In this document: piece by piece, positions 51,092 through 64,000 of the stretch
Numbering within the stretch: position 1 is the first letter of the stretch
How the letters are laid out: each line of letters begins with the position of its first letter
Source of the DNA: Octopus sinensis
Lineage: Eukaryota
DNA: 64,000 nt
Direction: 5' to 3'
Assembly: GCF_006345805.1 (NCBI RefSeq)
Contig: NC_043011.1
Coordinates: 47,752,464 to 47,816,463, forward strand
Made by a program: the position numbers and the translations under genes
Notes under the pieces: generated by a model
Seen by the model: the letters and a program-made list of their open reading frames with translations, nothing else
Database searches by the model: none
What the model was told of the DNA's origin: nothing

Positions 51092-51461
51092 GTAGCTTAA
51101 TTTAGTCGTTTTGCTTAAACTAGCCAATCACTGTTGGCCGTGGAAGAATACATGTGGCCCAGGCATTGAAGTGCGAGATTTAAAAAGAAAAGCCAGTAGT
51201 TGAGTAGACTGGCTGGTAAGCAGGATAGAGGAGCTTTGGCTTGACAGGACTTTGATCAGAAGTTAGCACTCATCAATGGAAGGACTTCTACCTTAATACA
51301 CAGATTGAACAATTACTAATGAATGAACACAAGGGAACATTGTCTCCTGGTATTTCATTGGGCCTTTTATACAAACATATATTTAAATGTTACTAGCCTT
51401 CTGACATGCATTCATTCAAATAGGTACCCAGCATTAAGCAACATCTTTGCCACAGATCCTT

Positions 51462-51870
51462 TCTTATTTCTTTACTGCCCACAAGGGGATACACACAGAG
51501 GGGACAAACAAGGACAGACAAATGGATTAAGTTGATTACATCGACCCCCAGTGCGTAACTGGTACTTATTTAATCGAAAGGGTGAATGGCAAAGTCGACC
51601 TCGGCGGAATTTAAACTCAGAATGTAGTGGCAGACGAAATACATCTAAGCATTTTGCCCGGTGTGCAAACGTTTCTGCCAGCTTGCTGCCACAGATCTTT
51701 CCTCTTATAGGCACAAGACCCAAAGCTTTTTGGGGAAGGGACTAGTCAATTGCATCGACCCCAGAATTTCACTGGTACTTAATTTATCAACCCCGAAAGG
51801 GTGAAAGTTAAAGTCAACCTCAGCGGAATTTGAACTCAGAACGTAGTGATGAGGGAAATACCATTAAGCA
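51462..51870 (-). mobile_element. Two SINE B copies (51462-51690 with TSD GCCACAGATC; 51700-51870)
   Basis: Reverse complement of family B. Confidence 0.85.
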
Positions 51871-52431
51871 TTTCATAAAGTTAACATGCAAGTGGCTGAG
51901 CACTCCACAAACACGTGTACCCTTAATGTAGTTCTCAAAGAGAATCAGCGTGACACACTGAATGTGACAAAATTCATTTTCGCCATTTGAGTAGAATGGA
52001 GCTACATAAAATAAAGTGTCTTGCTTAAGTACACCCCATGCCACTGTGAATTGAACTCATGACTCAATGATCACGAGCTAAATACACTAACTACTAAGCC
52101 AAGTGCTTTCACAGTAGCAGAAATATAAACCACTAGTGGCATTCTTTTAATGTAAGAATTATCGCAAAAATATGTAACTAATTATCTATAAAACATCTTA
52201 TTGTTATTTATGTTTAGCCTCAAGTTTATCCTTATCAAACAGAATTATCATCAGAGATTCACAGACACAATGGTATCTAAAACTGCATTATGAACTCCAT
52301 AATGCCATTTCTTTAAGTTTCTTCCTCTTTTTTTCTGTTTGTTTGTCGAGCCTCAGATCAGCTCTGATCAAGTAAATCTTTCATTGAAGACACTTCAGTC
52401 ATGACTATCCACCTTTTATTCAAACTGTAGT

Positions 52432-52782
52432 GAAGGCGCATGGCTCAGTGGTTAGAGCGTCGAGCTTATGATCGTGAGGTTGTGAGCTCGAATCCCGGAC
52501 GGGGCTGCGTGTTGTGTTCTTGAGCAAGGCACTTTATTTCACATTGCTCCAGTTCACTCAGCTGTAGAAATGAGTTGCGACGTCACTGGTGCCAAGCTGT
52601 ATCGCTCCCTTTGCCTTACCCTTGGACAACATCGGTAGCATGGAGAGGGGAGGCCGGTATGCATGGGCAACTGCTGGTCTTCCATAAAAAAAAACAACCT
52701 TGCCCAGACTTGTGCCTCAGAGGGTATCTCTCTAGGTGCAAACCCATGGTCAGTGCCTGACCGAAGGGGGTCTTTACCCTTA
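52432..52782 (+). mobile_element. SINE family C variant with different tail
   Basis: tRNA head TGGCTCAGTGGTTAGAGC/GCTCGAATCC and core TTGTGTTCTTGAGCAAGGCACT. Confidence 0.8.
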
Positions 52783-53189
52783 GTTTAGTTAAAACTGTGT
52801 TATTCAATAGATCCCACCACCTTTTTTTTTTAAAAAATTAGAATGGAATGACTTATGGATTAAAGGAAAAATAGGTTTTACTCCAAGATCCAGGTTATCC
52901 TGAACATTATGGATAGTTGCCAGAGGCACACTTTTGCAGTCCAAGTAGAATAGTGGACAGATTACTGACCTGTGATGTCACAAGCCAGTTTATGATAAGT
53001 GTAACATGGTTTGCAATTAACATATTACATTGTTCCACTTCAGTGGTGAATGAATTAATGATAAACAAGGATAAATGTATTTGCAGAAACAGTTGAATCA
53101 AACACAGGTAAAACGAAAGAAAGGTGTTAAAAATTGTCTCACACACCATTTTCCATTTTTTGCATTTTCCCCCACACTTTACTATTATT

Positions 53190-54162
53190 CAGGAGTGGCT
53201 GTGTGGTAAGTAGCTTGCTTACCAACTACATGGTTCTGGGTTCAGTCCCACTGCGTGGCACCTTGGGCAAGTGTCTTCTATTATAGCCTTGGGCCGACCA
53301 AAGCCTTGTGAGTGGATTTGGTAGACGGAAACTGAAAAGAAGCCCGTCGTATATATTTATATATATATATGCGTTTGTGTGTCTGTGTTTGTCCCCCTAG
53401 CATTGCTTGACAACCGATGCTGGTGTGTTTATGTCCCCGTAACTTAGCGGTTTGGCAAAAGAGACCGATGGAATAAGTACTAGGCTTACAAAAGAACAAG
53501 TCCCGGGGTCGAGTTGCTCCATTAAAGGCGGTGCTCCAGCATGGCCGCAGTCAAATGACTGAAACAAGTAAAAGAGTAAAGAGTAAAGAGAGATATAAGT
53601 ACATAATATTTAACATTATCCCAAAACAAATGAAAGAAGAAACCAATCCCATCACCTTCAGATGATACCAGGGCAAATTTCTTCGGGATATACAAGATAC
53701 GCTACCTATACCTGGATACATCTCAGTCACCATCAACTCCCTACTTGAATGGGACATGCTACCACAAAACTTGACTTCAAAATAATTGAACAGATATATA
53801 GGTGCAGGGGTGGCTGTGTGGTAAGTAGCTTGCTTACCAACCACATGGTTCTGGGTTCAGTCTCACTTTGTGGCACCTTGGGCAAGTGTCTTCTACTATA
53901 GCCTCTGGCAAACCAAAGCCTTGTGAGTGGATTTGGATTTGGTATATATATGTATATATTTGTGTGTCTGTGTTTGTCCCCCCAACATCACTTAACAACC
54001 AATGCTGGTGTGTTTACATCCCCGTAACTTAGCGGTTCGGCAAAAGAGCCTGATAGAATAAGTACTAGGCTTCCAAAGAATAAGTCCTGGGGTCAATTTG
54101 CTCGACTAAAAGGCAGTGCTCCATCATGGCTGCAGTGAAATGACTGAAGCAAGTAAAAAAAA
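53190..54162 (+). mobile_element. Two full-length SINE A copies (53190-53591, 53801-54162)
   Basis: Complete head-body-tail matches. Confidence 0.9.
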
Positions 54163-55734
54163 GGGTTCTGTCAGGTGATGCTATTAAGTTAGACATGGTT
54201 TGGGTCAAGTTTGGACCAAAACATATCCAAGTTTATCTAAGTTTCAAGTTTGTTAATTCTGAATTTAGAGATATTTTATATCCATTGAAATAAAAATTGT
54301 TTTCAGATATAGTTTTATTTTTTATTGTCTGTGTCAGGTTTCTAAAAATGCGAGTATGGGATATCCATGGCTATCTCATATGAAGTGAAATACTTATGAT
54401 GGCATTGAAATCAGGCAATACTTAATCTATTACTGATGTTGTTATCACCACCACCACCACCACCAATACCATTCCCCACTGTTACCACTAGCACCAATTC
54501 CACCATCAAAGCTTTAGTTGCCGAGGTTATTATGATTTTGTTTATATAAGAGAACAATAGAACCTTTTCACAACATCTCAATCTCCATGGCTAAGGCTTT
54601 CAAATAACAACTGTAGAGTTATCAACATAATACATATTTCAAGTATTCTGAATTATGCTGTGTCATATATATACATAAAGACATATTATTTAATTTACTA
54701 TTTGGCCGACAAATGTATTATATGCAAATCAGGGCAGCTGTTAATGTTACATCCTGATAAGGTACTGCTATATATATAGTAATTTAGATTCAAAGTCCAC
54801 AGATTAGTAAAGAATAGAAGTACATCTCTGACGAGAGGATAATTATTCCAAAACAAATCTAAAAGATATGCAATTATTTTTCTGTTTAGTTTATGTTTTT
54901 ATTTAATTTCAAGCTTCTCTATAAAGGATTCCAAGTAAACAAAGAATTTATTCTAATTTCTGCACCAAAATCTCAGCATTAAACATTCCTGAGCAATGCA
55001 ATAGGAATACAAATTAAAAAAAACCCTGATATCTGTGCCATTCTATTTTGTGAAAATCGGTCAATGTCTCTATCAGCAATAACAATGGTGATAAAATCCA
55101 GAAGAATTTGCTGGGTTTCAATTACTTTAGTTGCAATAAGGGGGGGGGGGAAATGTTGTTATTGTAGCTTTGTTATCCCATATTGGCCCTGACTGAGTAG
55201 ATAGACCTATGATCAAAAGTATTCAAGTTATGACCATTTTGATTTTTTCCTATATGCCAGACCACTTTAACCAAAGGGAAACAGTAAAATTGCAAAGTAA
55301 ATTGCAGCAATAGTAGAAGATACTTGCCCAAGATGCCATGCAGAGGGACTGAACCTGGAACCATGTAGTTTGGAAGGAAGGTTCTTACCACACATTCCTG
55401 TGCTTATAATCACTAATTTTTTATTTGAATGAGAAGGAATTTATTTTTGATTTCAAATTTTGGCACAAGGCCAGCATTTTCAGGGAAGGTGTTAAGTTGA
55501 TTCCATCAACCCTAGTGTTCAACTGGTACTTATTTTATTGACCTTGGAAGGATGATCAACAAAGTTGACCCCTGGTGGTGTTTGATCTCAGAACTTGAAG
55601 ATGGACAAAATACTGCTAAACATTCTGCCAGTTCACGATCTTTCAAATAGTACTTATTTTATTGACCCCAAATGGGAAGAAAGACAAAGTCAACCTCAGC
55701 AGAATTTGAACTCAGAACATATCATATATAATGA

Positions 55735-56105
55735 AATTATTGTATACAGTCCTCAGGTGCACCACATCTTGTCAAAAGTGCATATAAAGCATATGCAGTA
55801 ATGTACAAATGCTTGGAAAGTGAACAGTGTATGAGTCAGATACATGCTTGCGTGTGTATGGAGGGGAGAAAATCAGGTGTAGTGTTGGTGAATCTCAGGA
55901 AGCATGGAAGTTTTGAAGGATGCAGTGCTCCGACAACTAACAACTGATGCCGGTAATTTGTTCCATACTTCAGCAACTCATAGCGTGAAAAGTATGTTTC
56001 CGAAAGTCATGGGAGCTGTGCTGTTTTCTGACTTTGTAAACATGTCCACTGGTGTTAGACAGGTGGAGTTTGAAAAGGTGTTCAGAGTTATTGTTAGTAA
56101 GATGG
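55735..56105 (-). mobile_element. CR1-like LINE 3' end, related subfamily
   Basis: Homologous to 27770-28050 (GGATGCAGTG, TTCAGCAACTC, GTTTCCGAAAGTCATGG). Confidence 0.8.
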
Positions 56106-57033
56106 TTCTTTTATGGTTCCTTTATGGGAGTATAACATGATATGAAGTGAATAAGATTTCCCAGCCTGCTTTACTTAGCCCAACTACTTCCAGAACCCTG
56201 TTCTTTTTAAAGGGATGGTATTTACCAACTTGAATCACCACGAAGGCTATAACTTAGAAAAGTGCCTCTAATAATCCCTAATCAATTCCATGCCTCCAAA
56301 GTCGATCTGACAAAAGATTATACTAACTTCAATATACATAAAGTTTAATTTATACTGCAGAGAGTGATTAAGGAATAATATCCAGGGTAGCAGCTGCATG
56401 AAAAATTAATAACAGAAGGAGAAACTAATGTAGTTTATGTAGTGAAATAATTACAAACGAGTTCTTGGTTTAATACAGAAAGTATGGAAGCGTCCAGTTT
56501 ACTTTTAATTTATAATTACTGGGAGACTGTAAAAGGAAGATTAGGAACAATTGACAGATAGACAGAGTGAGTAAGAGGAGTAGGAAGAAAGAGACGGGGA
56601 GAAAGTGAGAGGGACAATAAAGGATGATGCAGGGCAGAAAGGAAAGAATGTAAAGTAAAGGAGAGAGAAAAAGAAGGAGAGAGGGAGGAAGGGAGGGAGA
56701 GAAAGAGAGAGGGAGAAGGGGGTTGTGATGAAAGAGTTGTAAGTAGCTTTTCCATTTTATGTGAGACTTCAGAGGGACCCAAGTAGGCTTTCATTCTTTG
56801 AGAAAATGCATATGCACACACACATGCACATACACACACACACACACACTCGTGTAAAAGCATGTGCATATGCACTAAAATGCTTGCACACGTTTACACA
56901 GACATATGGAAATGCATTATCTGTGAGGAGATCTTTCACGTATCAATATCGTCTTTACTCTTATTCATATTCTCACCCTTTCATGCACACACACACACAC
57001 ACACACAGATATATATATATCTGCACAAACATG

Positions 57034-57070
<37 letters not shown>

Positions 57071-57086
57071 TGTATGTATATATATA

Positions 57087-57117
<31 letters not shown>

Positions 57118-57272
57118 GCATATACATACATGCATACATATATATGCATATATATGTATATATATGCATATATATGTTATATATATATATAATATATACA
57201 TATATGTATGTATACCAGAAAATATACACATATATTATATATATGTGTATATGTATGCATGTATGAGTGCAT

Positions 57273-57316
<44 letters not shown>

Positions 57317-57884
57317 AAGACAAACAGAGTGAGACAGAGAGAGGGAAATCAGTGTTAAATCAATATAGACAGATCAGTAAGTACCATGTGTCTTCACTCT
57401 CTGATATATTCATAATATTCTCTAATGAAACGAAATGTTGTCTTATATCTTGGATCTTCCATAAGCCAAGCTATTATCAGGAAAATTGTGCTGTATCAAT
57501 TAAACTATGCTTAGATTTTTCACTACAAGTCATGTTGAGAGGGTCGTTGGTCTGATTCCTGATTAAATGGTCATTGGCTCAAGCTGCATAGACACAGTTA
57601 TACCATATCCACACTGAAGACACTTCTTTAATTTCAAACAGTCCAATGGATCTAACTTCAGACAGGTACCATGAGAGAGGAATGCTGTAGAACCAATTTC
57701 TAACAGAAGATCAAATAAAACCTTAAATCATAGTTGATAATATTGACCCTGGTAGTTTACTGGTACTTACTTTATGAATCATAATGTTGATTTTCATGAG
57801 ATTTGAAATTGGAAAGAAAAAAGATAGGTAGTGGGGGGCTCTGAAAGGGGCCTCAGGGAAATAGCACCTCTGCCTTCCTGAGCT

Positions 57885-58200
57885 AGTTGTGTACTGGAGT
57901 CGATCTAATCGACAGCTCCCCACTTACCCCAAAATTTCAGGCCTTGTGCCTAGAGTAGAAAAGAAAAGATTATTTACAAAAAAATAAGGCAGCAAGCTGG
58001 CAGAATTGTTAGCACACTGGGCAAAAAGCTTAATAGCATTTTGTCCATTTTTACATTCTGAGTTCAAATTCTGCTAAGGACAACTTTGCTTTGCATCCTT
58101 TCGAGGTTGATAAAATAAATACCAGTTAAACACTGGGGTTGATTACATTGACTTACCTCTTTCCCAAAATTACTGGCCTAGCACCAAAATTTGAAGCTAA
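57885..58200 (+). mobile_element. SINE B tail plus diverged SINE B
   Basis: Family B blocks. Confidence 0.7.
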
Positions 58201-60273
58201 TATTTTTATAAGAAAATACATGAGCAAGAATGGAACCAGCGACCTAGAGGTTTGAATGCCAGGTGGGAGGTGGATGGCTGAAGTATTAAGATTGGCTTCA
58301 TTTTTAAATTTACTGCCATAAAATGTTAATTCAGGTTTTAAAAACTAATGATTCTTCTCTAGCCAACAAATTAGATTAGCATAAACGTAAGTAATTATGT
58401 CATCTGCTGTCTGGAGAAATGTATAAAGTGAAAATTTAGAATTGATTGCAGCGTGTGTACCTTCCCTGAGAATTGCAAGAACTGGAGATAAATGTATTTT
58501 TAAATCGAAACTCACAGAAAGCGCAACAATAGCAGAATGTAAATAAAAAAATATATATTTGCCTTTTTGTTACATAACGGAAATATTACACTGAGAATTG
58601 TATCTGATTTAGGCGCAAGGCCAGCGATTTTGATGGGTTGGAGAGTAGTTGATATCCTTAGCCCTATACTTAGTAGGTACTTTACTTCACCAACAACAAA
58701 GGGATGAAAGCAAAGTTGACTTTAGCAGGATTTAAACTCAGAACATGTAGAAATAGGAGAAATACAATAAGGTGTATTTTCTAACAATCTGACAATTATG
58801 TCAGTAATAACAAAAAAACAACAACAAAAAGCAAAAAAACTGATCAAAATGAAAGGGGTATTTCTGCCTGTTTCTTTGTATTACTAAATTTTATGAAGTG
58901 AAACCAGAAATCCACAGAAGCAAGAAAAAGCAGGCCAAGTGAAATGATAGTTGCAGCCAAGGCTGGTGACACATGAAAGCACCTGTGCTGGTGACACATA
59001 AGAGGCACTTGCTACACTCTTAGACTGGTTGGTATTAGGAAGGGCATCAGAAGTAGAAACCAAGCCAAAATCAGGCTGGAACCTGATACAGCTCTAGCAG
59101 CAAACCAGTTCCAGTCAAACCATTTAAGTCATTGGTTCCCAACAATGGTTCCAACAACCCTTTTATCTAAATGAGTTCTTCCACAGATCACTTTTAATAT
59201 GCTTATGCTTATATATATATATATATATATATGAAATTTTGAATTTAGTTCACGGACTCCCAGTACTATATTTGCTGCTTAAAGAGCTAAGGACCCAAAG
59301 TTGTTCTCAAAACTGAGGGAAGCAGAAGAGAGAGTTTGTTGAGGTTTTAAGTGGGACTATGAGGGTGGGTGAGGAAGATGAGAAGAAGAGATTTATACTC
59401 ACGATTGATGGTAGTAGAGCAAGTAGTAGAGAAAGCACAAATTGGTGAGGTGGGAATATGGTAAGGAACAGGGGAAAGGGAAAAGAGGAGGGACCAATGT
59501 CAAGGATTATTGAGAAAGGGACAAAGTGTAATGGTCATAGGATGGCTTGTATGTGGAACCAGCATTAGGGGTGTCCAAAATTATATGGGTGAGTATAAAT
59601 GGAAGGTGTGACGGAAAGGGACAAGAAGGGAGTTGCAGAGTAGGGGAGAAAGGAATTCTAATAGAATCAGTGAAGGAATGTGCAGTGTGGAGTGTTGTGG
59701 AGGTTGGCTAGAGGAGTGAGGGGAGAAAAATGAGGTGTGATGAGGGAGCAAAGCAGCCGTAGGAAGAGGGCAGTGAGGAAAAAATAAGATAGCGGTGGGG
59801 AAATAATGAGGGGACAAGCAATTATGGATGCTATGTTAACATGCTAGATGGTAGGCAGTGAAGGGATCTCAGAAGAGGAGGCAATGGAATGAGTGAGTGA
59901 GATACTGAGTGAAAGTAAAAGAAAAACAGGTGGTGGGGCAGCAGGTGTAGGGAGAGAATGAAAGGCTAAAGTGCATCCTTACAGGTGTAGGCAGGTAGTG
60001 AGATAAAGGTAAGTGGAGGAGTTGGGTGGCAGCTGAAGTAATTCATGATGGATGTGCTGATAAATAGTTCAAAGGCAAATGTATAACAAAAGAGATGAGG
60101 AAGTTCAAAAAGATGAAAAGGTGTGGATCATGGATAGAAAAGAAGATGTAAAGTAATGGCATGGTAAGGTGAGCTTGACGAAGAGTACAAATATAAATAA
60201 ATAAATAAATAAACATGCATCTCTCTCTCTCTCTCTCTGTATACATAGATATATATAAGTCTAAATATAAATA

Positions 60274-60325
<52 letters not shown>

Positions 60326-60329
60326 AATG

Positions 60330-61144
60330 CGGTACTCACACTCGGCAGAGTGTAAGTACCTTGAGAGAAAAGCTGGACCTAAGAAGCATCAGTTGTGGTG
60401 TGCAAGAGAGACGTTTGCGCTGGTATGGTCATGTGGCGAGAATGGATGAAGATAGTTGTGTGAAAAAGTGCCACACCCTAGCGGTTGAGGGAACCTGTGG
60501 AAGAGGCAGACCCAGGAAAACCTGGGACGAGGTGGTGAAGCACGACCTTCGAACTTTAGGTCTCACTGAGGAAATGACTAGAGACCGAGACCTCTGGAAG
60601 TGTGCTGTGCACGAGAAGACCCGGCAGGACAAGTGAGTCCATAACCCGTGGCCTTCTACATGGGATGGAGCCAGCCTACGTATGCATACCTTCCCTTCTT
60701 GGGACAAAAACTCTACTTGTGAAGACGTGTTGAGGCAAGTGAGGATCAGAATCGAAATCGATCAATGGAAATCGATCAATGGAAATTGCAGATGTGTTAC
60801 CAGTGCCGGTGGCATGTAAAGAACTTTCCGTTTCGCGACCGTTGCCAGCACCGCCCCGTTTCGTGTCCGTTGCCAGCCTTGCCTGGCCCTCGTGCCGGTG
60901 GCACATAAAAAGCACCATCCGTTCGTGGCCGTTTGCCAGCTCTGTCTGGCACCAGTGCGGGTGGCACGTAAAAAGCACCCACTACACTCACGGAGTGGTT
61001 GGCGTTAGGAAGGGCATCCAGCCGTAGAAACACTGCCAGATTTGACTGGGCCTGATGAAGCCTTCTGGCCTCACAGACCCCAGTAGAACCGTCCAACCCA
61101 TGCTAGCATGGAAAACGGACGCTAAACGATGATGATGATGATGA
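60330..61144 (+). mobile_element. RTE LINE 3' end (ORF C-terminus 60361-60636, repetitive 3' UTR, (GAT)n tail)
   Basis: RRLRWYGHVARM...VEGTCGRGRPRKTWDEVV...DRDLWK. Confidence 0.92.
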
Positions 61145-61253
61145 TATATATATATATATAAATATAAGTATAAATATAAATATATGTATTTTATATATGT
61201 GTGTATATATATATAAATATAAGTGTAAATATATATATGTATTATATATGTGC

Positions 61254-61289
<36 letters not shown>

Positions 61290-61391
61290 ATTATATATAT
61301 GTGTGTGTATATATATATATATATATTATATATATTACATACATGTATATATATATGTTATATATATAAGTGCAAGTGTGGCTGTGTTACA

Positions 61392-61837
61392 GGTGCAGGA
61401 GTGGCTGTGTGGTAAGTAGTTTGCTTCCCAACCACATGGTTTTGTGTCCAGTTCCACTGGGTGGCACCTTGGGCAAGTGTCTTCTACTACAGCCTCAGCC
61501 TGACCAAAGCTTTGTGATTGGATTTGGTGGATAGAAACTGAAAGAAGCCCATGGTGTGTATATATATATATAATATTTATGTGTGTGTATCTTTGTGTCT
61601 GTGTTTGTCCCCCCACCATCATTTGACAACCAATGCTGGTGTGTTTATATCTCTGAAGCTAAGAGGTTCAGCAAAAGAGACAGATAGATTAAGCATTAGG
61701 TTTGTAAGCTTAGCACTTATTTTATCAGTCTCTTTTGCCGAATAAGTCCTAGGGTAAATTTCTTTGACTAAAGACAATACTCCAGCATGGCCACAGCCAA
61801 ATGACTGAAATATGTAAAATAGTAAAAGAGTAAAAGA

Positions 61838-61838
<1 letters not shown>
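61392..61838 (+). mobile_element. SINE family A, diverged
   Basis: Head, body and GTAAAAGAG tail. Confidence 0.85.
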
Positions 61839-61871
<33 letters not shown>

Positions 61872-61949
61872 ATCATGTATGTATGTATGCATGCATATAT
61901 ATATGCATCTGCGCACACACATATATATATATGAGTGTATGTATGTCTC

Positions 61950-62147
61950 TAAAATGTGTCCGCGTGTGTACCGTTGGCAATTTTTTTCCTCTGTCTTCCC
62001 TTCTCTGGATCTTTCCTTCTCCTATGTTTCCGACAAAGAGCTCTGCTTGAAACGTTAAACCCTCCTTCTTTCCTGAGTGTCCAATAATACTATATTTGTT
62101 CCATGTCCTCGCGTTGTTGTGTTTTTTTTGTGCTTTCTTGTTTGGAT

Positions 62148-62151
<4 letters not shown>
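61950..62151 (+). mobile_element. Penelope-like pLTR relic with decayed hammerhead (62026-62060), ending in (TA)n
   Basis: GTTT-CCGACAA-A-GAGC TCT GCTT-GAAACGTT-AAAC: stems I-III fold, core has two substitutions. Confidence 0.55.
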
Positions 62152-62196
<45 letters not shown>

Positions 62197-62264
62197 CACA
62201 CACACACAGACATATAGATAGCTAGATAGATAGGTGATAGATAGATAGCTAGATAGATAGATGT

Positions 62265-62334
<70 letters not shown>

Positions 62335-63144
62335 TTGTGTGTGTATGTGCACACAGAAATGCATACATACATGTATACATGCATGCACATACATAGTGTA
62401 CATAGAGTGGCAGGGAAATTATTATGCAATTTATTGAACAACAAAAGAACACAAACAAAAACAAAAGAAAAATAATGAAGTTCTTCATATCTTGAATGCA
62501 TTTTAAATATTGCATGTGGACATGGAAGTTAACAATTATAGTTTCCAAGTAGCATAAAAATCTAATAAACACACAATATAATTAATTTGTTTGATAATTA
62601 TATATTTTCAAAATTTATTTGTTTTAATTTTGAAAAATTGATATTTTATAGCTGTTATTTATTTTGCTATTTTGTTTGAGTTTTTTTTATTATTTTTTTT
62701 TAGTTTTGTATTAATATTTTAATTTTGAAAAGAAAGTTTCTTTTTGAAGAAATCCATCATTTCAGTTATAGCTTGAAAAATTTAGACAGTCAGGAAAAAT
62801 GTTTGTCATCTGTTTTCTATTATTCTGATAATCTGATAATTTATTTATTAGTTTGGGTCTATCTCTCCTGCAAATTCTTAAATGCCCACTTTCATTCTTC
62901 CTTTCTTCCTACTCAAATTTATTCTCACTCATTCATCCCTCCAGACTCTCTCTCTCTCTCTCTGTCTATCTATCCTTCTCTTGCTTTATCTTAACCTTCA
63001 TGCAAAAATGCTTCCTTTTTCCCCTCGCTCCCTAAGTTTCAGTCGCTCTATTTACTCTTTGCATGTACTATATCAGCCACACACGAGTTTTCCCTTCATC
63101 TCAGAATCACTCTCATCCTCTCTGATTAATTTCTTTATACCTTT

Positions 63145-63191
<47 letters not shown>

Positions 63192-63281
63192 GCGTGTGTA
63201 TGGGAGTGTGCTTGTGGTTGTGTGTGTATGAGTGTGTATACATATATGCATGAGTGTCTGATATACATATGGGTGTATGTA

Positions 63282-63357
<76 letters not shown>

Positions 63358-63402
63358 TACACACACACACACACACATATGTATGGACATATGTTTGCAT
63401 GT

Positions 63403-63445
<43 letters not shown>

Positions 63446-63492
63446 TATCACATATATATATATATATATACATATACACATACATACATATA

Positions 63493-63526
<34 letters not shown>

Positions 63527-64000
63527 CATACATACATACACACACATATGTATACTATATATATATATATATATATATGTCCCTGCTCACCACTCACTCA
63601 CTTTACATTTTCCCTTTTCACAGTTCAAATAAAGGCTGAACGAAAATGTGTGATTGCGTTTGTTTCAAAATTAAAATTTTATTTGAAGGCTGAATTATTG
63701 GCTGCCAGTTTCCCGTGGACTGTTCATTGGTTCTTTAGATTTCTAAATTGTGGGAGTGTCTTTATCCATCTACTCCATTCCTATCTGAGGCGCCAACACC
63801 ACGTTGGACTACTCCACACCAAAAAGGCCATTGGACCAATCTATATAAAACAGATGCATGTGGTTGTATGTGTGGTACAAAGGTACAAAACACATAATGC
63901 TAAATTAAAACGTGCGGGTATAGTCATCATGATTTAAAGTGCATGGGTTGGATAGGTCATCAAAATCTAAGTCTTCTCTAGTTTGGCAGCTACTGCTCTC

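Noticed and set aside
58363-58386. 24-nt plus-strand microexon candidate (CTAAT...TTCTTCTCTAG|...|GTAAGT)
   Set aside because: Stop codons in all three frames; could only be a UTR exon and has no other support
59310-60190. Purine-skewed 0.9-kb tract, possibly an ancient retroelement
   Set aside because: No recognisable motif or ends; cannot be classified by eye
60750-60980. Regularly spaced short repeats resembling a CRISPR array
   Set aside because: Internal repeats of an RTE 3' UTR (also at 30680 and 37770); eukaryotic context, similar spacers, no cas genes

Overview
AT-rich, repeat-saturated eukaryotic DNA with no complete protein-coding gene. The tRNA-derived SINE families and the density of (TA)n, (GATA)n and (CA)n tracts suggest an octopus genome (inference). 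Most ORF-track entries are microsatellite or SINE noise. Supported content includes three SINE families with dozens of copies, fragments of RTE/BovB, CR1-like, Tx1/L1 and HERO LINEs, and mariner and maT remnants. There are also piggyBac-type (TTAA), hAT-type and other MITEs, plus non-autonomous Helitrons. The most interesting layer is a set of Penelope-like/retrozyme-like elements carrying hammerhead ribozyme (HHR) folds. These are: a perfect palindrome with an HHR on both strands (8.6 kb); a GIY-YIG tail with inverted pLTRs and a compensatory U3-A8 HHR core (12.2-12.8 kb); a 1-kb direct-repeat, intron-containing element with a candidate pseudoknotted type II HHR (14.8-15.8 kb); and three further HHR-like motifs. 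Also notable are a three-part HERO/Tx1 chimeric retro-insertion whose tail matches a SINE tail, and a candidate minus-strand host exon starting with a recursive-splice-type AG|GTAAGT. All structures were folded and aligned by eye, and repeat boundaries are approximate unless TSDs are quoted.
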